NCBI GenBank assembly: GCA_011109175.1
Contig: RDEW01000042.1
Span: forward strand, 28,796-61,590
Length of the DNA: 32,795 nucleotides
Source: Dicyema japonicum
Taxonomy: Eukaryota > Animalia > Dicyemida
Reading direction: 5' to 3'
The notes under the pieces are model-generated. The model was not told the DNA's origin, searched no databases, and saw nothing but the letters and a program-made list of their open reading frames with translations. The translations under genes were made by a program, and so were the position numbers. The stretch's first letter is position 1, and each line of letters opens with the position of its first letter. Below are positions 1 through 11,553 of this stretch, piece by piece.

Positions 1-1199
1 TTAATTTTCTTTATTTTTATTTATTTAAATATAATAGTTTAAAAATCAAAATATTTATTTTATTTTTTAATATATTAAGTGTATATAGAATAAAAAATTT
101 AATTAAAAATAAATAAATAAAAATTATAATGTTTACCTTTCAACCTGGTTAACCATTCAACTTCCACACACTTGACGATCTACTCCCAATTTATTTTAGA
201 AGGATTCTACATGTCAAAACACATTTAAAGACTATTCTGTTCTCTGGACATTACCAAAACGGATGACATAGTCATTGATGCAAGAGTGATCGAATTCGTC
301 TGAGAGCTCAATTCCCTAACCCAACAGTTGGAGGACTATGCTTGAGGTGTTCGTGACTCTACACCTACAAAATCATCTGTGACTCTCTTTCATCTGTGAT
401 AGGATAGATCCTTTTTGGATGCCGGCCAGACATTGGACGTCTCCTAAACAGGCAGATCTTTGGATTTAAAGAAGGGCGGAAACTTTGACTGGACAGAAAA
501 CGTTGTGGAAATCGAACTCACAACTAATCTCCACCAGCTACAGCACTAACAGTTAACTGTAAAACTACGAATATTTATTATCAGCAAATAAAAAATTTAT
601 CGAAAAACAATTTAATATTAATTTAATTTTGCTCTAAATTGGACATTGAGCCTGAGAAGATCCAAACCTTAGAACATTTCCATCCGTGAATATTCTACAT
701 TGACATGACCAACAAATTCGATCATTTATCACCAACAATTCGTCCCCTCGATCAAATCATCATATTCTTGAATAAAATAATACATTGATTTTGAAAATTA
801 TTAGATTTAAATGGTTAATTATTTTAACTGGAATATGTATACATAAACTTCTGCACGCCCACAATAGGGTTAGGAATTAGAGCAGTGGTTCCCAACCTTG
901 AAGTGCTCGCGGAACCCTTTTGGACTAATTTTTTTGCGGGACCCTTCCAATTCAATTACTACAATTTCACTTAAAACATAATCGTAGTAACCATAAACAA
1001 TTTTAATTTTGAACATTGAGATAATTTTTTAAATAGTTGTGTAATGTTAGGAGTTATTGTTGACAACTGCATCCTTATATCAGAGGAAGCATTGAGTTTT
1101 ATATTTTGTTTTGGTAGATGTATATATTGAAAACCCCGACTCGCATAAGTAGTTGGAAAATGTAATAGTTGTCTTATAGCCTTTTCTGAGATATCAAGA

Positions 1200-1506
1200 G
1201 GTCGCAATGAAAGCGGGACAGGCCTCCAGTTTATATGAAAACTCAAAAATAAAGAAATACAGCAGCCTCGTAAACCGTTTCCATGTACAGCCAGTGGTCG
1301 TCGAGACGAGCGGAGTCTTTGACCCCAAGACGGTCTCTTTCCTTAGAGCACTTGGGTGTCTATTGACCAAAGCCTCGAGGGAGCGTCGGGAAACCGAAGG
1401 ATATCCCTGGCAGTAGTCAGAGGTAACAGCCACTCGATCATATCCGCTGGACTCAGTAATTAACTACTCATGTTTCCTAATAATAAATTTTGTATTGAAA
1501 AAAAAA
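1200..1506 (+). mobile_element. 5'-truncated CRE-clade non-LTR retrotransposon (RLE C-terminus only)
   Basis: ORF 1207-1416 has FHVQPVVVETSGVF..SFLRALG, typical of the CRE RLE C-terminus. A10 tail at 1498-1507. 11-bp TSD AGATATCAAGA at 1189-1199 and 1507-1517. Removing it restores the hAT reading KYLDISEKA. Confidence 0.85.
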
Positions 1507-1944
1507 AGATATCAAGATATTTTGAAATGTGTACTCTCAAAAAATTAAAAAGGGATTCATCTTATATATCTGATTTTATGTTGATTCTGATATCACATCA
1601 ATAAGATGTTTATATTCAATTGATGTTAGATTTGCTGGTATTACTTTACTTTGAATGGATGTTAAACCCAGTTGTCATCAAATTTATCCGGAAAATATTT
1701 CGCAATGTTATCGTCCAAAATTACAAAATCATGTTTGATGTCCTGAAGAACTGTATCGTCTAATACGCAATTTGATTCATCGAGATACTCTTCAAAACGG
1801 CAAAGCATGCAATGTTATTTTTTACATTTATGACTACCAAAATTAGTTTTTCCGTTTTAAGGCCATCACTTTATCGTTCAAAATAAAAACAGTTTGATAT
1901 TTTTCTTGTAGAGAAAATGTAAATTTATTCAGTTTTTCATAAAT

Positions 1945-2377
1945 CGTCCGACGAAATCATAATTTTCCTATTCAAAGAGGGGAATTCTTTGGTCTGTGAC
2001 GGTACTTGTGTCGACCCAATTTGCCCATCCAACAATGTCGAGACGCGGTATGCACACTGTATGCCGCTGAAAAAACAATGAATGCAAAGGAGAAAAAATA
2101 TGAAGCAATGCACGATTGGTTCACTTTCTATCCCATTATGGTCGAGACAGCTGTAGGAATAAGTGGAAAATCGCTTCGTTTCTTAAATAAACTTGGACGC
2201 CTAGCTACACTAAAAAATCACGACGTACGTGAGACCTGGTGGCTTCTCCAGTTGATCTCTGTTTGCAATTGTGAGAGGCATCGCAACGTCGATAATGTCG
2301 GCGGGGTCCACTTTGGATGGTTGTGTTAACTTAATTACATAATAATTGAATATTTACCTTTTAAAAATAAAAACTTC
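1945..2377 (+). mobile_element. 5'-truncated CRE-clade copy, same subfamily as the 8511-11553 element
   Basis: Near-identical to the reverse complement of ~8560-8920 (e.g. GCAACGTCGATAATGTCGGCGGGGTCCACTTTGGATGG). 11-bp TSD TTTTCATAAAT at 1934-1944 and 2378-2388. Removing it restores the hAT frame SIYEK|LNKF. Confidence 0.9.
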
Positions 2378-2657
2378 TTTTCATAAATTGAAACCAAATA
2401 TGCAAGTCTCTGAAACCAAAGATTGTTTTCCAAATTTTTGTAAATTTTCAGTACCCTTCCACGTGACAACCATCTTACTTCTGTACGGAAAAGTAATGAT
2501 GTACGATTGGATCCCATTTCACTCATCAATTCGAATTCGCAAAAACCATTAGAATTATTCAGACGAATTAGTAACTCGTTTCAATTTTTCCGAAAGTTCC
2601 TGAATTTGCTTGAAATAGTAATATTTGACAAAGAAACGAGATCCAGTTTCTTAAAAA

Positions 2658-2957
2658 TTTAAGTGACTTAGGCTACGGGTTCGAATCTCGCTGCTGTTCA
2701 CCTGGTGCAAGGTTCCACGCATCTACGATGCAGAAAGGGTTTGACGAGTGACGCCGTCATCAGTGGATACTCTCTGCGGAACTGGATTGTCTAGAAAAGA
2801 CACTCACACAAGAAAAAAAGAAGTGAAGATCATTCCTTGGTTCTACGATTAGTTAAAATTAACTGTTCTTTACTTAAATAAAGTGTGTGTCCTGCCTATG
2901 CGGAGCTATAAATATTATGGCTCTCGTAAAAAGGCTTTATTATTATTATTTAAGTGA
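2658..2957 (+). mobile_element. tRNA-derived SINE, 5'-truncated copy (B box retained, A box lost)
   Basis: Matches the reverse complement of 18873-19176 with 8 substitutions plus short indels over ~290 nt. (TTA)n tail. 9-bp TSD TTTAAGTGA at 2658-2666 and 2949-2957. Confidence 0.88.
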
Positions 2958-3278
2958 GGATGCTTCATAAATAAATGTCTTGATAGTTTGGCAGGAGCAA
3001 GAGATGTGTTAGGCATTATATGATGCATATTACACATTCTGTCGTATGCGGTTAATCAGATCCGTTCTAAGAAAACACACATGAGAGGTAGCTTTCATCA
3101 TATGTTCTTTTTTAAAATTATAATTATAAAAAACATCTATTTGAATATTTTTGAAATCTTATATGCAATTATTTTTTCTCATTACAAATCTTATACTAAT
3201 AACACCAGATACCACAGTTACGCAAATTGATTAACTAACCCAAAAGAGAAACAAGATATAAGCGTGGATGTTAATATA

Positions 3279-3362
3279 CAGTGAAGTCTCTAATTGGCCA
3301 ATTCTTAAATTGGGACTTTACTGTATTTATTAAATTGGTACTTTAATTTAAGGACTTTACTG
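3279..3362. mobile_element. Mini-MITE, pogo/Tc1-mariner type, with a duplicated right end
   Basis: TA-CAGTGAAGTCTC (3279-3290) and GGGACTTTACTG-TA (3312-3325) form a 10/12 inverted repeat. A second AGGACTTTACTG-TA lies at 3351-3364. Confidence 0.65.
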
Positions 3363-3433
3363 TATTTGATAATTAAAAATATTTATTAAATAATTTTTAA
3401 TAAATTTCGCAGAACATGCGTTGGAAATCACTG

Positions 3434-3552
3434 CATTAGAGTCATGGTTATGGACTAGAGTCATGATTAGGGTTAGGAGTTAAGTATAGGGATTAGTGTC
3501 AGGGTTAGGGTTGGGATAGGGTTAGAGTCATGTTTAGGGTTGGGAGTTATAG
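3434..3552 (+). repeat. Degenerate TTAGGG-like tract (continues at 865-882 on the other side of the hAT)
   Basis: Repeated TTAGGG/TTAGGA/TTGGGA/TAGAGT units, e.g. AGGGTTAGGGTTGGGATAGGGTTAGAG. The left remnant TAGGGTTAGG is at 865-874. Confidence 0.7.
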
Positions 3553-3904
3553 ATACAGTTAAATTTGTATAAATATATTATCTTGTTACTTGATAATTAA
3601 TCAGACAATAAGTAAAAGTAATTATTCTATAACGCTCGTCTAACTCAATCATCTCTTCTTGGGGTTAATCTCTATTTCAATCTTCTCTTCTTGTGACTAA
3701 CCACTATTGCCTGTATAGATGTGTTCAGGGCGCTGTACACCTCACATTCAGAGACTACCACAGGTTGTTGGCATTCCATGCCGTNATGTTACATAAATAA
3801 TTGCGACTTAATTTGCAATTACAAAGGAAAATATTTTTTAACATTTCTTATTTCAATTTTCTTTATACGTCTCCCCAATCGGTTCGTATTTGAATTACTA
3901 CGCT

Positions 3905-4200
3905 AGGTCCGATTTATCTGCTCTTCTACTTTGGACGGCGTTCTCATATGTTGTGATATCAATGCGAAACACCCTTTTATGATTATCAAACCTACCCTCC
4001 GATACAAAAGGGAGACTACTATAACAGATGGGGTTTTTTTACGATCATGATTGACCAATCAAAAAACACATGAACGTCCTAAAATGATACCGACTAACGA
4101 ACTTGGCCGGATATTACTTTTTTTCCCTTTCCCTGACTCCAATGTCGCCTTGGTCATTCAGTTATGATCCAGGAACTGATCACAACCCAATTTTGATGAA
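3905..4200 (+). pseudogene. Highly decayed APE-endonuclease relic of a LINE ORF2
   Basis: CDINAKHP (~3950-3975, GDxNAKH motif) and DPGTDHNPI (~4166-4192, SDHxPI motif) occur in the expected order and spacing. Confidence 0.55.
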
Positions 4201-4626
4201 AATCAAAAAAAGCTTTTTCAGAGAAGGGTTTCTTGGCACTTGTTATTAAAGTACCAACTTAAAACTACCATTTAATTACGACAACTGTTTGACAAACCTT
4301 TATCTTGATGGCTTTTTTTCCTTAACAAAGTGTTTGGCTATATCAACATCAAAGAGCGGAGAAAGAAGGAATTCCTTAAGCTATCCTGAAAGGTGACTTT
4401 CCAGTAGCACGATGAATAGAAATGTTATATTTATAAACAGTAGTTTTCAATCCAATTATTAGATTTGGATTTAAATAGAGTTTCGCTAACCAACGCTTTA
4501 TCGTTTGATTTTAGCGTTCCACCTGCCCTTGTGATTGAGGGTGTCTTGGTCTATCATGAATCGCCGTTATCCCCCGATCACATAATAATGCTGAAACCTC
4601 AGTGTTACAAAACTCTTTTTCAACCC

Positions 4627-4980
4627 TTTATTGACTCAAAATAAATTTTTTGTTTTTTGAGGGAACAAGGACCGATCCTTCGACCTCGTCTATTGTCGAC
4701 CCCTTTCAGTTTAATCGCTTATTGACTCAAAATAATTTTTTTGTTTTTGAGAGAACAAGGGACTGATCCTTCGACCTCTTCTATTTTCGAACCTTTTCAC
4801 GCTTAATCGCTTTATTGACTCAAAATATTTTTTTGTTCTTTTAGGGAACAAAGGACAGATCTTCGAAGTAAAACTTAGTGGGTTGTTAATGTTTTTCAAG
4901 TGATAAATTTGTTTGAACAAAAGACAGATCTTCGAAGCAAAACTTAGTGGTTGTTAAATATTTTCAAGTGATAAATTTGT
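4627..4980. repeat. Composite tandem repeat: ~92-bp unit x2.6 overlapping a 69-bp unit x2
   Basis: TTATTGACTCAAAAT recurs at 4628, 4719 and 4812. ACAGATCTTCGAAG..AAACTTAGTGG..CAAGTGATAAATTTGT recurs at 4855 and 4924. Confidence 0.85.
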
Positions 4981-5427
4981 CTTATCAACCCGGACGCTAT
5001 CACATAGAACAATAAATAAATAAACTTTATAAAAAATGAAAAATCCAATGTAACGTGAATCTGTTACCCTTAAGCACTCAATACTTGCAGCTACCAATCA
5101 CTCATTTACAGTTTGTTTTATTAAAAAAATTATCAATTTTGTATAAAATTTTCTAATTTTTACTTCAAGAGTTTTCATCCAACGATATTTGTTTCAACCA
5201 AAGTGAAATAAGAACTCATTATAGAAGAACTATTAGCATTGAATGTTTCTTAATATGGAAATAATTCCACATTTTAGTTCATAATCTTCTCTACACTCTG
5301 TGAATACAAGTTTTGGCATATATCTAAAATATATGATAAATTTGGTCTATTATCAAGCATTTTAGCCTTACCATGGTAATGATAGGCAATTTTCTATGGC
5401 AACTAAAATTAAAAAAATGGCATTTAT

Positions 5428-8400
5428 TAAAATTAAACAAAAAAATTTTTTAACATTTAAACAAATGTCAGTTGAGAAATCCTGCTGCGTGGATTGCCAA
5501 CGAGTTCCCACAGAGTATGGCTATTCTATCTTTTGTCTTAGCCATAACCCTTCTCGTTGATCCCTTTTTTTCTAGCAAACAATCCTCCGAGTTCTTGCAA
5601 GAATTCAGCCGTCATTGCACCAACTGTTCCCGAAGATTCGGTCGCAACAGGAGTAAATCGGTATAGATTTTCGAGGCAAGAATATTTCTTGATTTTTAGG
5701 TTTTCCTCAGTCGAAGCAGCTGCTCCAGGTGTCTGAACCGATTTAAAAATGTTCGAGTATGAGAACGTGTCTATTCAAGTTGCGTCCCAGACCAAAGATC
5801 TTCCAGACGTGAAGGGGTAAAGGTTCATCCCGTCAGGTCTCTTCCCATCTCCTCGATCAAGACCCACCGGTTCAAGCTGCGCTAGGAAGAGTGAAGCCTT
5901 CAGGGTTCTGATGATCACATCGTTCAGAGCATGACGTGGTCCCCTTCCGGCGCTTCTTCTGCAGGACAGCGGGTGCAATCCTTTCGCATCGACTGTTTTC
6001 CCGCATCGGCATCGGTGCTCCTGGCAAACGTCTAGTCCCAGCCTTTGTCCGATTCTAATCCTCAAAGAATCGTCGTCCAAAAAGGTCCCGAGGTTTGGGC
6101 AAGGTATTGCACCAAGCCATGCTCCACTCCCTCGACTTGAAGCTGACACCAAACAAGCCAGACGATGTTGATTTGCTTCTTTTTAAGGTCTTCAAAATTT
6201 TGGAGCAGACAATGTCATCCCAATTTCTTTGCTTCGTTGTGTCTTCGGGATTTTGAGTCCGGACCCGTTCCATTTCCGACAAGCTTCGTCAAATGACTCA
6301 TTCCAGCAAAGTCCAATTGTGTTATGAAGGACTTGCCGTGTCAAATGACTGCAGCTTGAGAGAGATGATAGGTATGCCGGGTACGCAACCTCCAGCGCCG
6401 ATCTCATTCCGACACCCCCAAATCCAGAGGGAAGCTTGCATTGTTTCCAACCAAGTTCGTCGAAGCGGACGTTAATTATGACTCGACTGTTTGCTTGAGA
6501 GACTTGTCTATTGAAAGTAGAATGTCATATTGTTCGTAGCAGGGTGAACATCGGAGTAGATATAAAAGCTTGGGTAGTCCGATGTTGTTTCTCATCAGAA
6601 GAAAGATGTGTGAGAGTCGAGACATGACAATCTTTTCGCAAGGCGTGTTAATTCTTCATTTTTGGAAAGTAGATGGTTCTTGAGTTCTTCTTCGCTGAGT
6701 GGGCATCCGAGGAAATATAATTTATCAACTGGCACAGTCGGGATCCCAGGAAGCAGTTCGTTAAAAGACTCCTTGATAGAGAGGAAGTCGGTGTATGGAT
6801 ATGAGACATTTATTAGCTCTGATTTGTTAACATTGATGTCCAAGCCCAAATGTTTTAAAGCGGGTAACGCTTTACGTAATGAATTGTATGTTTCTTTGAA
6901 CGATCCTCCAATTGTGGCATCATCGAGGTACCAGAGATTTAGCTGAGCATCAATTGAGCTCACAACCTCATCAATGGTCAAGGCAAATAATAGAGGTCCG
7001 AGCGGATCTCCTTGTTGTACACCCGTTTTTGATTTAATAATTTCATTTTCAAAAACCAAAGACGTATCTTCCCCATAGGATAGATTGACAAGAGGGAAAA
7101 GCTTTGGAGCCCTCTTCCAACACGTTTTCATAATTTCGTCTCTTCTGAGAGAATTAAAGGCATTCGTTATGTCCAACTTGATTCCAATGCATTCATTTGA
7201 AATATTTTTCTGTGTGAAGAAACGCCTTGCTGCATGAACCGCAACCTCACATCCGTTCTGGATACTAACACCCATTTGTTTAGGAAAGAACTCCTCTCCG
7301 AGTTGTCGGCTCACCATGGTCGATGCTACTTTTGCTGCAAGTCTTCTAAAATAGTTCCCGACCGCAATGGGGCGGATTCCTCCGTTGGGTTTTTTGAAAG
7401 CAAGTAGCCTTGCAGAGAAGAGCAATTCTCTGGCATATTTTGGGATGTCGCCGTTAACCATTTTTCTGATTAGGTCCGTAATTGATTTGACAAGACACCG
7501 TCCAGCTTCCGAGGTGTAAGTGGACGTAAGGTCCTTAATATGGCCAGGACGTAACCCTTCCAAGCCTCCACCGCTGCTAGCCGAAGGAAGTTATTCCGTG
7601 GCGCACTTCGGATTCAGTAATGATTATCTCCTGGGTTCCTTCAGGATTCAAAAACTTTTCATAGTCAGTCGGTGCATCTGGATGCTTTAGTATTAAGGTA
7701 TTTAGGACCTCGGGGGTACAAGACAATACTGTGTCATCGGATGTGATAACTCGTAAGGCTGCCCGCACGTCGCCTTCCAGAAGTTTCCGGTTTACTCTCT
7801 CCTTTAGTTTGTTGGGGGCATCTTTGATGAATGCTCCTCTGGTTTCGACCTCATTGACATTAAGTGGATGTTCAAGTATTGCGTGTATGTTATGACAGCT
7901 AAAATTCATTATGTTTCGTTTCAGTTTCCCGGATAAGTTGAGTCGGGAGTTTGTTTCTTTATTATTGTCCTCAGATTCCTTTGTAGGTATTCCGAGTGCG
8001 ACAGGTGCAAAGCATATAAGTTTTAGCCAGGATTCCCAACTGTCAGAGGATAGTGCGTGATCAATGGCATCTGAAAGACACGTTGCTGCGGCAATTCGTA
8101 CTCCTTTTGGGATTTTTACTGGGATCTTCATGGCTTTCCTGAGGTTCGAGATCTTCAAGATAGTATGGTCTGTATGTGGCAGTGTAAAGTTTGGCTGAGT
8201 TATTTTTTCCCGCCTGGGAGCCTCCATTCTGATACAAGAAGGTCACAGCCAACTCGACAGCGTCTCGGCGAAGCTTTACTCATTTTTATGCAGCCCAGAT
8301 GGACGAATGATTCACATTGCGTGCAGTTAATCCCATATTTGCTGATATTCGATTGTCCACATAAAAAACATACCTGATTTGTCCGTACTGGATTTGTTCC

Positions 8401-8487
8401 TCGTACTTTGTCTTCTTTTCGTTCTTTATTTTCCATCTGAGATTTTTGTTGATCACACCACACAACCACTTAATAAACGTCAAAAGT
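5428..8487 (-). mobile_element. Near full-length CRE-clade non-LTR retrotransposon (PHD-RT-zinc knuckle-RLE), frameshifted
   Basis: ATG at ~8436. PHD-like CFLC..CTQCESFVHLGC. RT motifs GGIRPIAVG, LDITNAFNS, GVQQGDPLGPLLF and WYLDD (ORF 6595-7563). CRCG..HPLSC..RH and LEPVGLDRGDGKRPDG...VWDAT (RLE). Stop at ~5468. Boundaries are approximate, taken from the flanking AAAAAATGGYATTTAT copies. Confidence 0.92.
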
Positions 8488-8510
8488 AAAAAATGGTATT
8501 TATGGAAACT

Positions 8511-11500
8511 TTATATAAAATAATCAGTTAATTTATCCCCAGTAAAGCATATTTAAAACTGCCATCCATCCAAAGTGGACCCCGCCGACATTATCGACGT
8601 TGCGTTGCCTCTCACGATTGCAACAGAGATCAACTGGAGTAGCTTTTTAGTGTAGCTAAGCGTCCAAGTTTCTTTAGGAAGCGAAGCGATTTTCCACTTA
8701 TTCCTCCAGTTGTCTCGACCACTATCGGATAAAACGCGAATCGTCGCGTAGCGCTTCGTACTTCTTCTCCTTTGCCATCATCGTTTTTTCCGCGGAATAC
8801 AGTGTGTCTACCGCGCTCCCGACAATGTTGGACGGGCAAAGCGTGTCGACACAAGTAGCGTCCCAGATCAAAGGTTTCCCCTCTTCGAATGGGAAAATTG
8901 TGATCCCGTCGGGACGTTTTCCGTCTCCTCTGTCCAGACCAACAGGTTCTAGTATGGCTGGGTATCCCGCAGACTCCAGGGCTCGCTTGACAATTCCTTT
9001 GATCGCCTTGTGTCTTTGAATCGTCCTACACTCCTTCGACAAAAGAGGGCAGGTTGTCCATAACAATCGACGGTTGCGCCAGATCGGCATTTGTGGGTCC
9101 GGCAAATCTCCAGTCCAAGTCTAGTGGAGATGCCGATGCGGACAGTATCGTCGTCAAGATGGGTCCCGACACTGCCAACTGGGAGTGCATTGATCCATGC
9201 GTCACTCGATTCGCATCTTCCAGTGACTAGACATGCACGTCTGTGTTGGTTTGATTCGTTCAGAAGCCTCTCATATTTATCCTCGCAGATGGTCCTGTAA
9301 CGATCTTTCTGCTCAGGTATCATCCCCTTCAAATGTTCAATCTCTGTGATTTCAGATGATTCTGTTTGGACTTGGAATCATCCTGACCAGCAGTCGGCTG
9401 GAGCCCAAAGAGGATAGATAAGCAGGGCAAGCCAGATCTTTCGTTGAAGGGATTCCCAGTCCGCCCAGGCTAACGGGTAGGGTCGCTTGGTCCCACCCTT
9501 GGTCGTCAAATTTCACATTTGTGATACGTTCAATAGTACTCCGGAAGAGGGAATCGATAGCATCGAGCTGTTGCATTTTCAAGTAGCAGGGTGCCCCCCG
9601 AAGAACGTAGTTCAGTTTCTGTGCTGATAAGGCGTTTCTCAGGAGGAATAGGGAGGTGTGTGCGTCCAGCATCTCCAGACGTCTGAATGTTGTTTTTAGT
9701 TGATGTTCTTTTGTTCTTAGAGTGTTACTGATTCCAGCATCAGTAAGAGGGCATCCAAGTATTTCCAGTTGTTCTGATTTGGTTTCTGTGGCTTTCGGAA
9801 TGATCTCTCTGAACATACCAAGGATCAGATCCCATTCAGACTGTGGAAATCCAAAATTGGTTACTTCACACTTATTGGTGTTTAGAGTTAGGCATAGGGA
9901 TTCCAATTGTACTATCAGACTTTTCAAAAATCTAGTACATCCTTCGGATGGCCGCCCATGGTGCAATCATCCAAATACCATACTCTCAGAGGAGTGGAGC
10001 AGTATCCTGTGATACGGGCAATTCCCAGGCTGAACAAGGCGGGCCCCAGTGGGTCTCCTTGTTGGACTCCAGAAGACGATGGAATGTAATATTGGCCATG
10101 TACCAGACTGGATGGTTTTCCGTACGACTATGAATATAGCTGTACACTGATGGGTAGTATGTGAAGCAATCCTCCAGAATTGTATCACGTCGTATCGAGT
10201 TGAAGGCATTTTTAATGTCAATTTTGACGATTACGTGAGGAATGTTCACGTTCTTTTCGGTGAATGTTCGGACAGCATGAACTGCCGCTTCACAACCCCC
10301 GGTGTGCCGACCCCTATTTGGGTTGGTTGCAGCTGTGTTATCAGCGTAGGTAGGATTGCTCTACATACAAGCTTTGATGCCAACCGACGGAAGACCATTC
10401 CGACTGCAATAGGGCGTATTCCACCTCCCTTCTTGTCGAATGCGATTAACTTTGCGGAAAACATTACGTGTCGAATTGTTTCTGGTAGTGTCCCTGATAG
10501 CATCCTGTTCATTAGTTTGGTGATAGCCAACACGAGCCGGACCCCAGAGTTGCCCGTGTTATGAGCAATGAGATCTTTGATGTGACCCGGACGGAGCCCA
10601 TCTAGTCCTCCACTGCTACTCGGGACGAAAGAGAGGATACCATCTTTTACGTCCTCTTCAGAGACAAGCAGATTGGGTAATTGTCCTGGGCAAGGGGGAA
10701 CCCGGTGGTCGTTGGGAAGACTTGGGTGTCGCTCAACAAGTGATGCGTAGGACTGTTCGGACGGCTCAATTATACATTGTTGATCTGCAAGGATCCTCAC
10801 CGCAGCACGGATACCACCTTCCGAAAGTTTTCGACGGATCGCGCTTCTTAATCTCTGAGTGTCCGAGATAGTCGATGTTGGCTTCTCATGGTTTTGAAAT
10901 TTGTAGGTGAGCTTTTCTGAGTTTGCCAATAGGTTTTTTGAGAAGAATGTGTGGACATTTTCCTTTACTAATGACGTAAGTGATTTCTCCTCTTTCCCCT
11001 CCTATGGGGTATGCATAGTGTGAATGGAGCAAAGCAAAATAATCGTACCCAATCATCAGAGTCGTCCGAAAAACTGCCCTTTCAATACACTCACATAGGC
11101 AGTCCGCGACAGATATACGGGCAGCTTTGGGGATCCTAATCAGGAGTCTTCGTGTGTGTGTCAGGTTGGAGATCAATTCAAGTATTTCCTGATGGTCTAG
11201 TGGAACATGTTCAGAAGGGTAGCGTAGGAAGAGTTTGTCGTATTATCTGGTAGGAGACAAGATCGACAGTGCCATTCGGAAATGGCAGCCAGGGCTCTTT
11301 TAGTCATTCCGGCACAGGACATGTGGAAGCCATACGAACAGGCTGTGCAATGGATCATCCGCTTTCTTTTGTTCATTATGTTGCACTTTGTGCAGATCTC
11401 ATATTCTTTTACAGTTTTCTGCATGTTCTTTTCTGATTTTCCTTTCTTATTCTCTTCTTATCCTCTTCTTTTAGCAACACAACGAGAACAGACGACACAA

Positions 11501-11553
11501 CGTGTTTTTTTTCGTGTTTTTTTTTGTCTGCTAAGTATGGTGTTGATGATGGT
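8511..11553 (-). mobile_element. Near full-length CRE-clade non-LTR retrotransposon (second subfamily) with PHD finger, frameshifted
   Basis: ORF 11197-11424 is a complete C4HC3 PHD (CTKC..CTAC..FHMSC..WHCRSC). RT motifs GLDGLRPGH, GGIRPIAVG and IDIKNAFNS. RLE EPVGLDRGDGKRPDG..IWDATCVD. 12-bp TSD TTTATGGAAACT at 8499-8510 and 11554-11565. Confidence 0.93.

Larger units (their letters stand above)
883..3433 (-). mobile_element. hAT (Buster/Charlie-type) DNA transposon, internally deleted and decayed, split by four nested insertions
   Basis: TIRs CAGTGGTTCCCAACC (883-897) and CGTTGGAAATCACTG (3419-3433) match 12/15 as inverted repeats. The 8-bp TSD is AATTAGAG (875-882) / CATTAGAG (3434-3441), fitting NNNTANNN. 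Minus-strand transposase remnants: YDESYLS...PAKLSRHLFMKHPHL (~2950-3110), LLFRTEVRWLSRGRVL..LAYLVSIYEK|LNKFTFSLQ (2529-1900) and the dimerisation-type KYLDISEKAIRQLLHFPTTY...DIRMQLSTITPNI (1525-1040). Frames rejoin when the insertions are removed. Confidence 0.9.

Noticed and set aside
121-560. Possible decayed RT relic (IFGFKEGR resembles QFGFRxGR)
   Set aside because: A single weak motif with no supporting collinear motifs that I could read.
3785-3785. Ambiguous base N
   Set aside because: An assembly feature, not biology. It is a reminder that junction-based findings need read validation.
4627-4980. CRISPR-like array
   Set aside because: Whole units are repeated, with no unique spacers and no cas genes; the context is eukaryotic.
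5100-5380. Possible minus-strand spliced ORF (ATG, 25-nt GT-AG intron, then TKFIIYFRYMPKLVF...)
   Set aside because: It terminates after ~38 codons with no recognisable motif, so a gene cannot be supported.
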